Notes: generated from the letters alone by a model not told the origin. DNA of 64,000 nucleotides from a virus (IMGVR_UViG_3300026121_000008:47943-111942), one strand, 5' to 3'; shown: positions 9,962 through 19,850, counted from the stretch's first letter. Translations and numbers: made by a program.

Positions 9962-9986
9962 CAAAGTAAAGGGTGCATGGTATCCT
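9958..9986 (+). promoter_or_regulatory. sigma70-type promoter
   Basis: TTGACA-17 bp-TATCCT with extended TG; a 14-bp palindromic site lies just upstream. Confidence 0.7.
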
Positions 9987-10026
9987 TGGCGACGGTCGAA
10001 TTTCCGACCACAAGGAGTCCACCCCA

Positions 10027-10815
10027 TTGGCGTTCAAATTCCTCAAGACAGGCGCAGAGAGTGCCAAAATGGCACAACGAGCCGCCGCTGAAGCGGAACA
10101 ACGGTTCTCGGACAAGGGCAAGATGTTCCGGTTCTGGCTCAAGGAGAAAGAAGAAGCCCGGATCACGTTCGTGGATGGCGACCTCGCTAAGGAAGGGGAT
10201 CTGGCCGGGTATCTCGACCCGCCCCGTTACTACGAGCACAGCATCAAGCTGAATGGCTCGTGGAACAATCATTTCATCTGCCCGGAGCGCACGGACCCCG
10301 CGACCGGAGTGAAGTGCGTCATCTGTGAACTGAAACCGGACAACCGTCCATCCCTCGTGGCCCTGTTCACGGTCATCGACCATCGACAGGTCCAGTCTAC
10401 CAAGGACAAGTCGAAGACGTGGAAGGACACGAAGAAGCTGTTCGTCGCCAAGTCCCAGACGTTCGAGTTCCTCACCAAGCTGGCCATCAAGCGCAAGGGG
10501 TTGGCGGGTTGCACGTTCGACGCTTCTCGCGTGGGCGACAAGTCCGCTGCCGTGGGGAGCATGTTCGAGTTCGTGGAGAAGCACGACGTCGCGGAACTGC
10601 AGAAGCTCTACACCATCGAGAAGATCGATCCGAAGACCAACACCAAGGTCAAGGTGACGAACTTCACGCCTGCGGACTACGAGGCAGAGATGCCCTACAA
10701 GACGCCGGAGGAACTGCGGAAGTTGCTGGCGGCTGATTCGGATGATCCCGTTCCTTTTAACAAGCCCGGAGGGAAGACGGGGACCGGGGCCGTAGACTAC
10801 TCAGGCAAGTTGTAA
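10027..10815 (+). CDS. Single-stranded DNA-binding protein (gp32-like)
   Basis: RFWLK...ITFVD...EH...C...CVIC pattern; TTG start after AAGGAG; replication cluster. Confidence 0.6.
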   Translation: MAFKFLKTGAESAKMAQRAAAEAEQRFSDKGKMFRFWLKEKEEARITFVDGDLAKEGDLAGYLDPPRYYEHSIKLNGSWNNHFICPERTDPATGVKCVICELKPDNRPSLVALFTVIDHRQVQSTKDKSKTWKDTKKLFVAKSQTFEFLTKLAIKRKGLAGCTFDASRVGDKSAAVGSMFEFVEKHDVAELQKLYTIEKIDPKTNTKVKVTNFTPADYEAEMPYKTPEELRKLLAADSDDPVPFNKPGGKTGTGAVDYSGKL

Positions 10816-10896
10816 CGAGGTTCAGGGGATGGGTCAGGGTCGTTTGCGGGTCTCATTCCGACAGACGGGGCTCCCTGCCCGTCCCCTGAGCAAGTC

Positions 10897-12243
10897 ATGG
10901 AGGAATGTGTGGGGTATGTAACGAACAACGTGCCGATCCGGACAGGGGCGATGAGTGCGTACCCCTATGCGAAGTGGCTGGAATCGCTCTACACGTTCCC
11001 GGACGCCTTCGAGGGTCTGATCGTGTGCGGGGCCGTCCGGAAGGGCAACATCCTCTGGGTGCCCCGTGAGAGCGTCCCGTATGCGCCTCCCCCGGAGGAT
11101 TACCGGGTCAGCTATCCGCCGACGCCCATTCCGGTGACCTTCAAGCCCCGGAATCCGGAGCAGGCGACCCTGTGCCAGAAGTCCTTGAAACTTTTACGCG
11201 AGGGACAGAGTCATATCTTTGAAGCTCCTACGGGGTGGGGCAAGACCGTGGTCGGCGGAGCCATTGCGGCAGGCTTCGGTCAGCCGACGCTGATCGTGGT
11301 CACCAAAGAAGACCTGATGCACCAGTGGCGCGATTCGCTGACACAGGTGCTCGGGGTCTCCCCCTCGCTCATCGGCCAGATTCAGGCCGATGTGTGCGAC
11401 TGGGAAGGCAAGCAGTTCGTCCTCGGTATGGTCCAGAGCCTGATCCTCGAAGACCGCTACCCGCCGGAGATGTACCGGCACTTCGGTCTCCAGATTCTGG
11501 ACGAAGTGCATTTGATGGCCGCAGATTGTTTCGTCCGGGTGTGCCAGAAGGTCTCCGCGAAGTACCGGCTGGGGTTCAGTGCGACCCCTACGCGCCGGGA
11601 CGGCAAGACCCAGTTGCTCCACTGGCACATCGGCCCCACCATGGTCAAGGGCACGGTGCTCGACGCCAAGGCCAAGGTGCTCATCCGGCAGACGGGCTGG
11701 AAGATCCCCTGCCGTACCGGACGGTATGGGCAGGCAGAGCCGATTCCGCATTCGCCCGGTCGGATGATGCAAGTCTCCAAGGCCATGGCGTCCTCGGAAG
11801 GGCGCAATCTGGAGATTGTCAACTTCGTGGTGCAGTGCTACCAGAATGGACGGACGACGCTGGTGCTCTCCGACCTGAGAGAGAGCCATCTGGACCGGCT
11901 GTTTCAGATGTTGACAAACGAGGGCGTACCGGGTAATGATATTGGGTATTACGTGGGCGGAATGTCCAAAATTGAATTGTCGTTCACCAAGCAACGACGA
12001 GTGGTCCTTGGGACTTATAAGATGTGCTCAACAGGCACCGACGTACCCGCATGGGATTCCTTGGTGATGGCGACACCCCGCGCTGATGTGAAGCAGGCGG
12101 TGGGCCGAGTGTTGAGAGCGGTTGACGGAAAGAAACAGCCAGTGATTTTGGATCTGGTTGACTCCAATGCCATCTTCCAAGGGTTCCACCTTGCTCGGCT
12201 CAAGCAGTATTACTCGCTTGGCGCGGAGATTGTACGTGTGTAA
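10897..12243 (+). CDS. Superfamily 2 helicase (UvsW/XPB-like)
   Basis: APTGWGKT, DEVH, SATP, GTDVP, QAVGRVLR. Confidence 0.9.
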   Translation: MEECVGYVTNNVPIRTGAMSAYPYAKWLESLYTFPDAFEGLIVCGAVRKGNILWVPRESVPYAPPPEDYRVSYPPTPIPVTFKPRNPEQATLCQKSLKLLREGQSHIFEAPTGWGKTVVGGAIAAGFGQPTLIVVTKEDLMHQWRDSLTQVLGVSPSLIGQIQADVCDWEGKQFVLGMVQSLILEDRYPPEMYRHFGLQILDEVHLMAADCFVRVCQKVSAKYRLGFSATPTRRDGKTQLLHWHIGPTMVKGTVLDAKAKVLIRQTGWKIPCRTGRYGQAEPIPHSPGRMMQVSKAMASSEGRNLEIVNFVVQCYQNGRTTLVLSDLRESHLDRLFQMLTNEGVPGNDIGYYVGGMSKIELSFTKQRRVVLGTYKMCSTGTDVPAWDSLVMATPRADVKQAVGRVLRAVDGKKQPVILDLVDSNAIFQGFHLARLKQYYSLGAEIVRV

Positions 12244-12254
12244 GGAGAATGGTT

Positions 12255-12722
12255 ATGGCATTGATCTGGAAGGCACAGGAGGCACTCCCAACGATTCCTG
12301 AGCCCGTGAAACATCCCGGCTTCTCGTGGGATGACTGGTATGCAAAGAACCGGACCCGGCTCTCGGAAAAGCGGGCGAAGCGGTATCGTGAAGATGCAGG
12401 TTACCGGGCCGCTGCACTGGAGCGCAGCCGTCAACAGCGGGAAGCCAAGAAGACCCCGGTCACGGATGGGTACACGGTGTCCTTCAACGACGCCGCGCAG
12501 ACGCTCGGCATCACGGTCTGGGTCTTGAGAGAGTGGCGACGGAAGAATTACTTTCCGGAGCCCCATCGGCGGGACGGACGTCTCTGGTTCAGTCCCGCGC
12601 AAGTGAAACTGATCGGGAAGGTGCGGCAGTTCTTCGATCAGCGCGGCCATCGGGTCACGCAGGCCAATCGGTCGGATCTCGAAGACGTCGTGAATCTGGT
12701 GTACTCGAATTGGATCGACTAG
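12255..12722 (+). CDS. MerR-type HTH DNA-binding protein
   Basis: DAAQTLGITVWVLREW...FPEP...RLWFS. Confidence 0.65.
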   Translation: MALIWKAQEALPTIPEPVKHPGFSWDDWYAKNRTRLSEKRAKRYREDAGYRAAALERSRQQREAKKTPVTDGYTVSFNDAAQTLGITVWVLREWRRKNYFPEPHRRDGRLWFSPAQVKLIGKVRQFFDQRGHRVTQANRSDLEDVVNLVYSNWID

Positions 12723-12729
12723 CCAAGGA

Positions 12730-13101
12730 GTGGGTGTGGGATTGATCGTGAAGGGCGGGAAGACACCGGGCGTGAAAAAACCCGGCGTGAACTACGGGCA
12801 CCATCTGACGACCCAGCCGGTCACCGGCAAAGTGTCGTCGGCCAAGTCGGTGGCAGGCACGGTGGTCGCAGAGACGCTGGACGAAACGACCACGGTGCAT
12901 CCGGGGGTGTTCACGGACGGCATGTCCATCACGGTCACGGGGGGACGGACACTGAATCTGGGCAACTACGAGTCAGCCAAGGTGTCCGTCTCTCTGACTG
13001 TCCCGTGTGACACCAATTGCATCAACGAGGCGTATGACTGGGCCACGTCGTGGGTGTCCAACCGCATCGAAATCGCGGTGGCTCAAGCGAAAAAGGCTTG
13101 A
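12730..13101 (+). CDS. Hypothetical protein
   Basis: GRTLNLGNYESAKV motif common in phage proteins. Confidence 0.6.
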   Translation: MGVGLIVKGGKTPGVKKPGVNYGHHLTTQPVTGKVSSAKSVAGTVVAETLDETTTVHPGVFTDGMSITVTGGRTLNLGNYESAKVSVSLTVPCDTNCINEAYDWATSWVSNRIEIAVAQAKKA

Positions 13102-13126
13102 CTCTTTGCCCCAGACCCGGTATACT
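13098..13126 (+). promoter_or_regulatory. sigma70-type promoter
   Basis: TTGACT-17 bp-TATACT upstream of the recA-like gene. Confidence 0.7.
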
Positions 13127-13150
13127 CTCCGTTTCCGCAAGGAGTGCTGA

Positions 13151-14410
13151 GTGGCCTTAAACCTCAAGCCCGTGCCGAACCTGCCCAACCTCACGGTGGT
13201 GAACCCGAAGTCTCTCAAGCGACCGTTAGCCAAGGCCACACAGGGCAAGGGACGCCCCTTCTCCGGGAACACGGAGGAAGTTCTCGCCGGGATCACCAAG
13301 GACAAGGGCGACAAGGTCGTGGTCCGGGGCAACGAGATCAAGCCCGTCCGACGTCTCCCGACCGGCATCTTCGAGTTCGACTTCTACACGGGCGGAGGGT
13401 TCCCCTGTGGCCGCTACAGCACGGTGTATGGTCCTGAAAGCTCGAATAAGACCAACCTGTGCCTGAAGGCTGTGGCCAGTGCCCAGCGGCAGAAGCCCCC
13501 CTGTAACAAAGCCGTGTGGGTCAACATCGAGCAGACCTTCGATCCGGCATGGGCCGAGAAGATGGGGGTGGACACCAAGGAACTGTTGGTAGTGCAGGCG
13601 GGCTACGGGGAAGAGGCCATCGACCTCGTGGATGCACTGGTCCGGGCGGAGGACGTCGCCATCCTCGTGGTGGATTCGCTGGCGGGCCTGATTGCCTCGA
13701 AGGAGATTTCCCAGTCGGTGGAGCAGTATGACATCGGCACGTCCGCCCTCCTCATCAAGCGCATGGTCAATAAGCTCTCCGTGGCCTTTGGCGACGAGAT
13801 GAAGCGGGACCATGACCCGTGCGTCATCCTCATCAACCAGACCCGCTACAAGCCGGGGGTCATGTTCGGTGACCCCGAGACGATGCCGGGAGGCGAAGCC
13901 CATAAGTTCTTGTCGTCCCTTCGAGTCCGCCTGAGTTCCAAGAACATCATCGACAAGGCCCGGAACCTGCTGGTGTTCAAGGACACCCATGTGATCGTGA
14001 AGAAGGCCAAGGTGCCCGTCCGGGCGGTCAGCTTCGACTTCAAGCTGTGCATGTATACCCACGACACCATGCAAGTCGGGGAGACGGACAGCTTCCACAT
14101 GGTGAAGTCGCATCTGCAGGCATTGAATTTGCTAGGGAAGACCCCGAAGGGGACGTATTCGATTACCTCGAAGAACAAGAAGACGAAACTGGAATTCGCC
14201 ACGTTGACGCTCTTGCAGAACAAATACGAGCAGGACGCTGTCTTCCGGGCGCAACTCCAGAAGCTCGTGATCGAGGCGTATGGGGACCGTCTGATTCTGG
14301 TGGACGAGCCTACTGCTGTGCAGGCCAAGGACATTCAACCCGGTACCGCTGTGGAGGTGGATGATGGAACCGAAGACCCCGCCGACGACGATCCCGACCC
14401 CGCCCAGTAA
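13151..14410 (+). CDS. recA: RecA/UvsX-like recombinase
   Basis: GGGFPCGR, YGPESSNKT, VVDSLA, INQ, MFGDPETMPGG. Confidence 0.9.
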   Translation: MALNLKPVPNLPNLTVVNPKSLKRPLAKATQGKGRPFSGNTEEVLAGITKDKGDKVVVRGNEIKPVRRLPTGIFEFDFYTGGGFPCGRYSTVYGPESSNKTNLCLKAVASAQRQKPPCNKAVWVNIEQTFDPAWAEKMGVDTKELLVVQAGYGEEAIDLVDALVRAEDVAILVVDSLAGLIASKEISQSVEQYDIGTSALLIKRMVNKLSVAFGDEMKRDHDPCVILINQTRYKPGVMFGDPETMPGGEAHKFLSSLRVRLSSKNIIDKARNLLVFKDTHVIVKKAKVPVRAVSFDFKLCMYTHDTMQVGETDSFHMVKSHLQALNLLGKTPKGTYSITSKNKKTKLEFATLTLLQNKYEQDAVFRAQLQKLVIEAYGDRLILVDEPTAVQAKDIQPGTAVEVDDGTEDPADDDPDPAQ

Positions 14411-14508
14411 GACGGAGTCCGAGTCCAAGGCGTCCGAGAAGCCTCTACCGGGCAAGAGCAAGGCTCCAGACTCGGTGAGAGAACCCCCAGCCGGGAAGAC
14501 GAGGGAGA

Positions 14509-14904
14509 ATGCGGCGAAAGAGAAAAAACGGCGAGAGTCCCAGCGGTAACCCGTATCTCACCCGGTTAGCCGCTGAAGGGCTGAACGCCCACGGGAAGAA
14601 ATCTGAGCAGGTCGTGGCCACGAAGCTCGGAGCGAGATTGCACTTGAATTCCGGAGCGATGGTCCAGAACAAATCGGACGCCAGCATGAAGAAGTACCGG
14701 TTGGAGGTGAAGTCCACGGTGACCTCGGTCCTCCCCCTCGATCTGGCGTGGCTGGTGAAGATTGCTCAGGAAGCCCTCGACCATGGGCAGACCCCCGCTG
14801 TGGTGGTATCGTTCGTGGACTCGCATGGGGAGTCCCGATTGAGACACTACGCAGATTGGGTGGTCGTGCCCATGGCGGTTTTCAAGGAATTGACCGAGAC
14901 CTAA
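14509..14904 (+). CDS. Small PD-(D/E)XK nuclease / resolvase-like protein
   Basis: SE...SGA...KSD...LEVKST...KIAQEA. Confidence 0.6.
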   Translation: MRRKRKNGESPSGNPYLTRLAAEGLNAHGKKSEQVVATKLGARLHLNSGAMVQNKSDASMKKYRLEVKSTVTSVLPLDLAWLVKIAQEALDHGQTPAVVVSFVDSHGESRLRHYADWVVVPMAVFKELTET

Positions 14905-15788
14905 TGTCGTGGCTCCGTAATGCTCTGCATCAATCGACGCGCCCGAAGCAGTCCATCATCGGCGTGCTGAAGCTGAATCTGGGCGGTCCACAACAGGGCC
15001 GGTCCATGAAGGTGCTGCACGCTTCAGATGTCACCAAGTCGGATTTCTGCCCCCGGAAGTGGGCACTGTTCGATGTGCTGGAGAAGGACGCTCAGACGGA
15101 ATTCATCTCAACCGCCCTCGACGTGACGTTCCGGATGGGGAACATGACCGAGACCCTCCTCGTGGAGGAGTGGGGCGGGGAGGCGGTGGTGGGGAACTGG
15201 CTGTGCCGCTACTGCGGAGAGCAGCGCACCATGGTGCCGCATCCCGCAGGCAAGTGTTCGGATGGCCGCTGGCACTGGTGGAAGTACCTGCAACTGGTCG
15301 TGGAGGCCCCGGAGTATGGCATCCAAGGTGGTATCGATGCGCTGTTCAACATTGGAGCCCCGCAACTGGTCGTCACCGAGATCAAGACGATGAACCCGGA
15401 TGACTTCGACAAGATCCTGACCCCGCTCCCGGAGCATCGGCTCCGCACGAACCTGTATATGTGGATCTTGGACAAATCTTTGCATCCGTTCCGGGACAAG
15501 ATCAACACGCAGGAAGCCAGAGTGCTCTATGTGAGCCGAGGGTATGGGAAGATGAACGCGACGTGGAACGAGATCCTCCCGTTCAAAGAGTTCACGGTCA
15601 AACGGAATGACCCGGACCTTGATGAGTTCCTGAAGCGGGCCACGTCGTTGCAAGTGTTCCGGGGAGCGCAGCAGACCATGCCGTCAGGCATCTGTGCCAC
15701 AGCGGTGGACAAGATTGCCAAGCAGTGTAGCGTGTGCCCGCAGTGCTTTTCTGGAGACTACCCAGCGGGGAAACAGGTCAGCGCATGA
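14904..15788 (+). CDS. Cas4-like PD-(D/E)XK exonuclease
   Basis: HAS...CPRK, GGID, EIKT, LY, and C-terminal C...CxxCxxC cluster. Confidence 0.7.
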   Translation: MSWLRNALHQSTRPKQSIIGVLKLNLGGPQQGRSMKVLHASDVTKSDFCPRKWALFDVLEKDAQTEFISTALDVTFRMGNMTETLLVEEWGGEAVVGNWLCRYCGEQRTMVPHPAGKCSDGRWHWWKYLQLVVEAPEYGIQGGIDALFNIGAPQLVVTEIKTMNPDDFDKILTPLPEHRLRTNLYMWILDKSLHPFRDKINTQEARVLYVSRGYGKMNATWNEILPFKEFTVKRNDPDLDEFLKRATSLQVFRGAQQTMPSGICATAVDKIAKQCSVCPQCFSGDYPAGKQVSA

Positions 15789-16261
15789 TCACCGTGGGGA
15801 TTGACCCCGCCTCGTGTACCGGGATGGCCCTCGTGGGAGAAGAGGAAGATCGGGGCAAGACCATCGAAGTCCCCAAGGAACGTGGGTTTTTGAGGTTGCA
15901 ACTGATTGCCGAAGATGTGTCCCGGACGCTCCAAGTCTGGGAACCTGCGTTCGTGGCCGTCGAGGGCTATGCCTACGTCCGGAACGTCAGCAGCTTCGTG
16001 ACGCTCGTGGAGATCGGGACCGTGATTCGCATGACCCTGAGAGACCTCCACCTCCCATGGGTGGAAGTCCCTCCGACTGTGCTGAAGAAATGGGTTGCGG
16101 GGAAAGGGAATGCCACGAAGGAAGACATGGCGGCATGGGCGGAACTCTTGTGGGGCTTCAGCAGCCATAGCCACGATATCGTGGACGCATATTGCTTGGC
16201 GCAGATGGCCCAGCTAGGGTGGGATGAGGTTTTGGCGATCAAGGGTGTGACCGTAAGATAA
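15785..16261 (+). CDS. ruvC: RuvC-like Holliday junction resolvase
   Basis: GIDP...TG, VEGY, P..LKK...GKGNATK, DAY. Confidence 0.85.
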   Translation: MITVGIDPASCTGMALVGEEEDRGKTIEVPKERGFLRLQLIAEDVSRTLQVWEPAFVAVEGYAYVRNVSSFVTLVEIGTVIRMTLRDLHLPWVEVPPTVLKKWVAGKGNATKEDMAAWAELLWGFSSHSHDIVDAYCLAQMAQLGWDEVLAIKGVTVR

Positions 16262-16275
16262 TTTTTAATTAGGGG

Positions 16276-16304
16276 TTGACAAACACTCCCAAGACGAATA
16301 GACT
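16276..16304 (+). promoter_or_regulatory. sigma70-type promoter
   Basis: TTGACA-17 bp-TAGACT preceded by an AT-rich UP-like tract. Confidence 0.75.
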
Positions 16305-16359
16305 ACGACCGGTTGTGAAAACTCGGGCTACTGTAGTCCAAGGAGTGGAAGGAGAGGAC

Positions 16360-17031
16360 ATGCAGATAGGAACTTTTCGGCGTCAGGTGATGAAGACCGT
16401 GGCCACCAAGAGCACGAAGCTCGCGTTGCGGGCGGTCTCGAAGAGCACAGCCCGAACCCATGCGGCCAGTGCGACCGTGGCTTTGAAGGGCCATACCGGC
16501 CAGTTGCTGCAGGCGACCAACCAGTATTTGCTGGGATTGCCCCAGTCACAGGCGATGAAGGACGAGGCGTCCCGTATTCTCGGAGACATCGGCTACGACC
16601 TCACGGTCCTCGCCCGTGTGCTCAAGGTCAAGATGCCCTCGGCCACCAAGAAGTCCCGGTTGCAGGGCACCCGTGGCGCGGCCATCCTCCAGTTGGACAG
16701 TCTGGCGACGGACCTGATCCGGCAGGTGGAGCAGGGCCTGTTCGTAGCCCCGCAGATGACCACGGTGAAGAAGATGGTCCCGATGCCCCTCAAGGGCGGC
16801 AAGAAGGAAGAGCGGGACGTGGACGTGATCAACGTGACGGCGGAGGGCCTTGCTGAGGTGACCCGACAGGACCAGATGCGGGAGGCCCTCAAGCTGGCCA
16901 TCGACGTGTTCTGGCGGCTCTGCTACGACCTGACGGGCACCGCTCCGGTGGGGGTGCTGGAGGCCAAGTACGACCGGCTCAAGCAGGAGTTTCCCGACGT
17001 CGAGTTCGAGAAAGATGCGGCGACCGCTTGA
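16360..17031 (+). CDS. Hypothetical protein, degenerate MazG/NTP-pyrophosphatase-like
   Basis: GQLL...LGDIGYDL..LAR and VLEAKYDRLKQEFPD resemble MazG helices but lack the acidic metal ligands. Confidence 0.4.
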   Translation: MQIGTFRRQVMKTVATKSTKLALRAVSKSTARTHAASATVALKGHTGQLLQATNQYLLGLPQSQAMKDEASRILGDIGYDLTVLARVLKVKMPSATKKSRLQGTRGAAILQLDSLATDLIRQVEQGLFVAPQMTTVKKMVPMPLKGGKKEERDVDVINVTAEGLAEVTRQDQMREALKLAIDVFWRLCYDLTGTAPVGVLEAKYDRLKQEFPDVEFEKDAATA

Positions 17032-17104
17032 CAAACAGATGCCCATGTGGCATCATGAGTCATTGACTGTGGTTCCCCAAGGAAGGGGATAGGGAGAATT
17101 TGAC

Positions 17105-17905
17105 ATGAGTGAAGCAGAAGCGGTGGTCGAAGAGGCCAAGCCGGAAGTCAGCACCATCGGGAAGAAGAAGGTCGAGAAGACGGGCAACCTCCTCCTCGAT
17201 ATCGCCCACGAGGTCGAGAGCCTGAGCAAGACCAAGGCCCTGAATCTCGCGGACACGTTGTCGGAGAACATCGATACCAACGAGTTCAAGCTCGGGGGCG
17301 TCCTGAAGCTCATCAACGACAACTCGTGGTTCGAGGGGTTCGACTCCTTCGAGAAGTTCGTCTACGAGAAGTACGGGTTCCAGAGCCGCAAGGCCCGCTA
17401 CCTGATCTCGATTTACGACAACCTCGTCACCAAGATGATCCCGTGGGAGAAGGTCTCCCATCTGGGCTGGACCAAGCTCAAGGATCTCGCCCCGATCATC
17501 AACGTGGACAACGTCGATGAGTGGGTGGAGAAGGCCGAGAAGCTCACCGTCATCGAACTGCAGGCTATCATCAAGCAGGCCGGGACCGAAGGTGGGGAGA
17601 AGCAGGCCAAGACGTCGGACGAGATCGTCAAGGTCACCTTCAAGCTGAAGGCGAGTCAGGCGGAGACCGTCCAGCAGGCTCTCGCCAAAGCGAAGGGTGA
17701 GCTTCAGACGGAGTTCGATACGGTCGCTCTGGAGAACGTGTGCTTGGGCTATCTGGGCGGCGTCTCCACCGTGAACAAGCCCTTCTCTCTGGACGAGGTC
17801 ATCGAATCGGTGGGCTTCGAGCCGATGATGAAGGCTATCGCGGACAAATTTCCGAATTGGGATATTACCGTCGCCCCGGTCGAAGGGGCCGAAGGCGCGG
17901 AGTAG
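17105..17905 (+). CDS. Hypothetical, probable DNA-binding protein
   Basis: FEKFVYEKYGFQSRKARYLISIY...LGWTKL HTH-like pattern; strong codon bias. Confidence 0.55.
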   Translation: MSEAEAVVEEAKPEVSTIGKKKVEKTGNLLLDIAHEVESLSKTKALNLADTLSENIDTNEFKLGGVLKLINDNSWFEGFDSFEKFVYEKYGFQSRKARYLISIYDNLVTKMIPWEKVSHLGWTKLKDLAPIINVDNVDEWVEKAEKLTVIELQAIIKQAGTEGGEKQAKTSDEIVKVTFKLKASQAETVQQALAKAKGELQTEFDTVALENVCLGYLGGVSTVNKPFSLDEVIESVGFEPMMKAIADKFPNWDITVAPVEGAEGAE

Positions 17906-18098
17906 TCCCAACCACATTGCTGGGGAGCCGGGTCTGGGAACCGGCTCGACTCCCTCAGCACTCGTCTGGACACGCAGACGTAAATCCCAGTGGAGATGGG
18001 TGTAACCCCTGTCATGTTCGGAGTGGGAGTCGTTGGGGTATACTCAGCACCTCCCTTTTGCACTTGATTGCCGTTCCGTCCCATGGGAGATTTACCGT

Positions 18099-18851
18099 AT
18101 GAAAAAACTCGTAGTTGCCCTCCTCTTCACCCTCAGTTCGATGGTGGGAGTCAGTCAGGCGAACGCTCTCCTGATGATCTCCGGCACCATCGGGGGCGTG
18201 AATTTCTGCGCCACTGACAACAACGTCGCCTGCGGCTTCGGCATGCAGTTGACGGACACCGCAGGTGCGGCCAACGTGATCAACCTCGACAACCAGACGC
18301 TGGGCGGGATTGCGTTCACGGGTAGTGCCCAGCAGGCCACGTTCGGGCCGTCGCAGAACATCCTGAACACGTCGTTCCTGCAGGCCACGAACACGACCGG
18401 CGCGACCATCACGGGCAGTGTGGCCGTGAGCGCGACGAACTTCCTCCCGGTCGCCAGCACGGCGTTCGTGAGTGGCTCGGCCACGTATCAGAATGCCATC
18501 GGGACCACCTCCACGTATGGGTGGTACAACGACCCGACGAACCAGCAGGGCGCGGAGAACCCGGCTGATCGTCCGGGTACCCTGATCAGCACGGTGACGA
18601 AGAATGTCACGCTGATCTCGGATGCGTTGGCCCACGCGGTGGGTCCGATTGCGGTCAACGACCCGACCCTGTTCTCGATGACGCTGAGCAACGACTTCAG
18701 CCTCGTCGCGGGCGGGACCATCGTGGGTAATTCCTCGACGGAGATCAAGCCGTTCGTCGCAGCGGCGAACGTCCCGGAACCCGCGACTCTGGTCCTCTTC
18801 GGATCAGGACTCGCGGCTCTGGCGGCTCGGCGTCGTCGTAACAAGCAGTAG
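18099..18851 (+). CDS. PEP-CTERM sorting-domain surface protein
   Basis: Signal peptide MKKLVV...ANA; C-terminal VPEPATLVLFGSGLAALAARRRR. Confidence 0.9.
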   Translation: MKKLVVALLFTLSSMVGVSQANALLMISGTIGGVNFCATDNNVACGFGMQLTDTAGAANVINLDNQTLGGIAFTGSAQQATFGPSQNILNTSFLQATNTTGATITGSVAVSATNFLPVASTAFVSGSATYQNAIGTTSTYGWYNDPTNQQGAENPADRPGTLISTVTKNVTLISDALAHAVGPIAVNDPTLFSMTLSNDFSLVAGGTIVGNSSTEIKPFVAAANVPEPATLVLFGSGLAALAARRRRNKQ

Positions 18852-18874
18852 TTCGTCGTTCTCCCTAGCTAGGT

Positions 18875-18929
18875 GGTCCTCGTTCCCCATCCGTCATTCA
18901 CCCGCCGGATGGGGAACGAGGACCTTTTT
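18875..18929 (+). terminator. Rho-independent terminator
   Basis: 19-bp perfect stem GGTCCTCGTTCCCCATCCG / CGGATGGGGAACGAGGACC followed by TTTTT. Confidence 0.85.
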
Positions 18930-19177
18930 GATTTTACCGGGAAGGTTGTGTAGTATGTCGATGATTACCGTGGACTTGACCGAAGAAGAACGTCTCGCCT
19001 GTGATGAGGCGAAGCGTGTCCTGACCATCCAGACGGATGCCGATCTCGTGAGGCTGGGCTTGTTCAAGGTGTGCCACCATGCGGAGGTCCGGACGTCAGC
19101 CACCGCCTTTTCTCCCAGAAAGATTCAGGCTCCCGCTGGGGAACCCCAGCAGCTTGAACTGGACTTCGGGGAGCCCC

Positions 19178-19405
19178 GTGACTACGCTGGTCAGTGATGC
19201 CCGTCTGAACGGCACCGTGGTGAAGCTGATGGCGGACAAGGGCTTCGGCTTCATCCAAGGGGACGACCTGAAGGAGTACTTCTTCCATCGGTCGTCTGTC
19301 CGGAAGGGCGGCTGGGCGATGATTAGCGTGAACCAGACCGTGTCGTTCATCCCCAGACTCCCAGACAAAGGCCCCAGAGCGGAGGACGTCGAGGTGCTGG
19401 TGTGA
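19178..19405 (+). CDS. Cold-shock domain protein
   Basis: GTVV...KGFGFI...FFHRS (RNP1/RNP2)...KGPRA. Confidence 0.85.
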   Translation: MTTLVSDARLNGTVVKLMADKGFGFIQGDDLKEYFFHRSSVRKGGWAMISVNQTVSFIPRLPDKGPRAEDVEVLV

Positions 19406-19659
19406 TGACACTACGCCCAAAGTCCAATGGGCAGTCCGGGATGGCCTATGGTAGACTCCCCGGCCAGCCATGGTGTCTTGCCATACCTGCCGTCATTGGA
19501 AAAAGGATTGGGGCGTTTGGGCACACAATCGCTGGACCGGTACCCACCTCACACGAGGCTGGTGCCTTCACACCCCGCATGACCCTCCCCTTGCGATGCC
19601 CTCCGATGCCCTCCCCTGTCACCACTATCACGAAGCTCCGGCTCCCCCAGAGGTCTTCT

Positions 19660-19848
19660 ATGCCCCTCGACAAGCAGAGACGGGAGCTAGTCGAAGCGAT
19701 GATGACGGCTCTCGAAACCCCTACCCAAGACCTCACGAAGTGGGAAGAGCACTTCTTAGAATCACTCGCTGAGCAGTTGGAGACGAAACATTTTGTTTCC
19801 GACCGGCAGTTCGAGATCCTCGACCGGATCTATACGCAGAAAACCTGA
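19660..19848 (+). CDS. Hypothetical protein
   Basis: LTKWEEHFLES...SDRQ..IL.RI, a common phage motif. Confidence 0.55.
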   Translation: MPLDKQRRELVEAMMTALETPTQDLTKWEEHFLESLAEQLETKHFVSDRQFEILDRIYTQKT

Positions 19849-19850
19849 CC

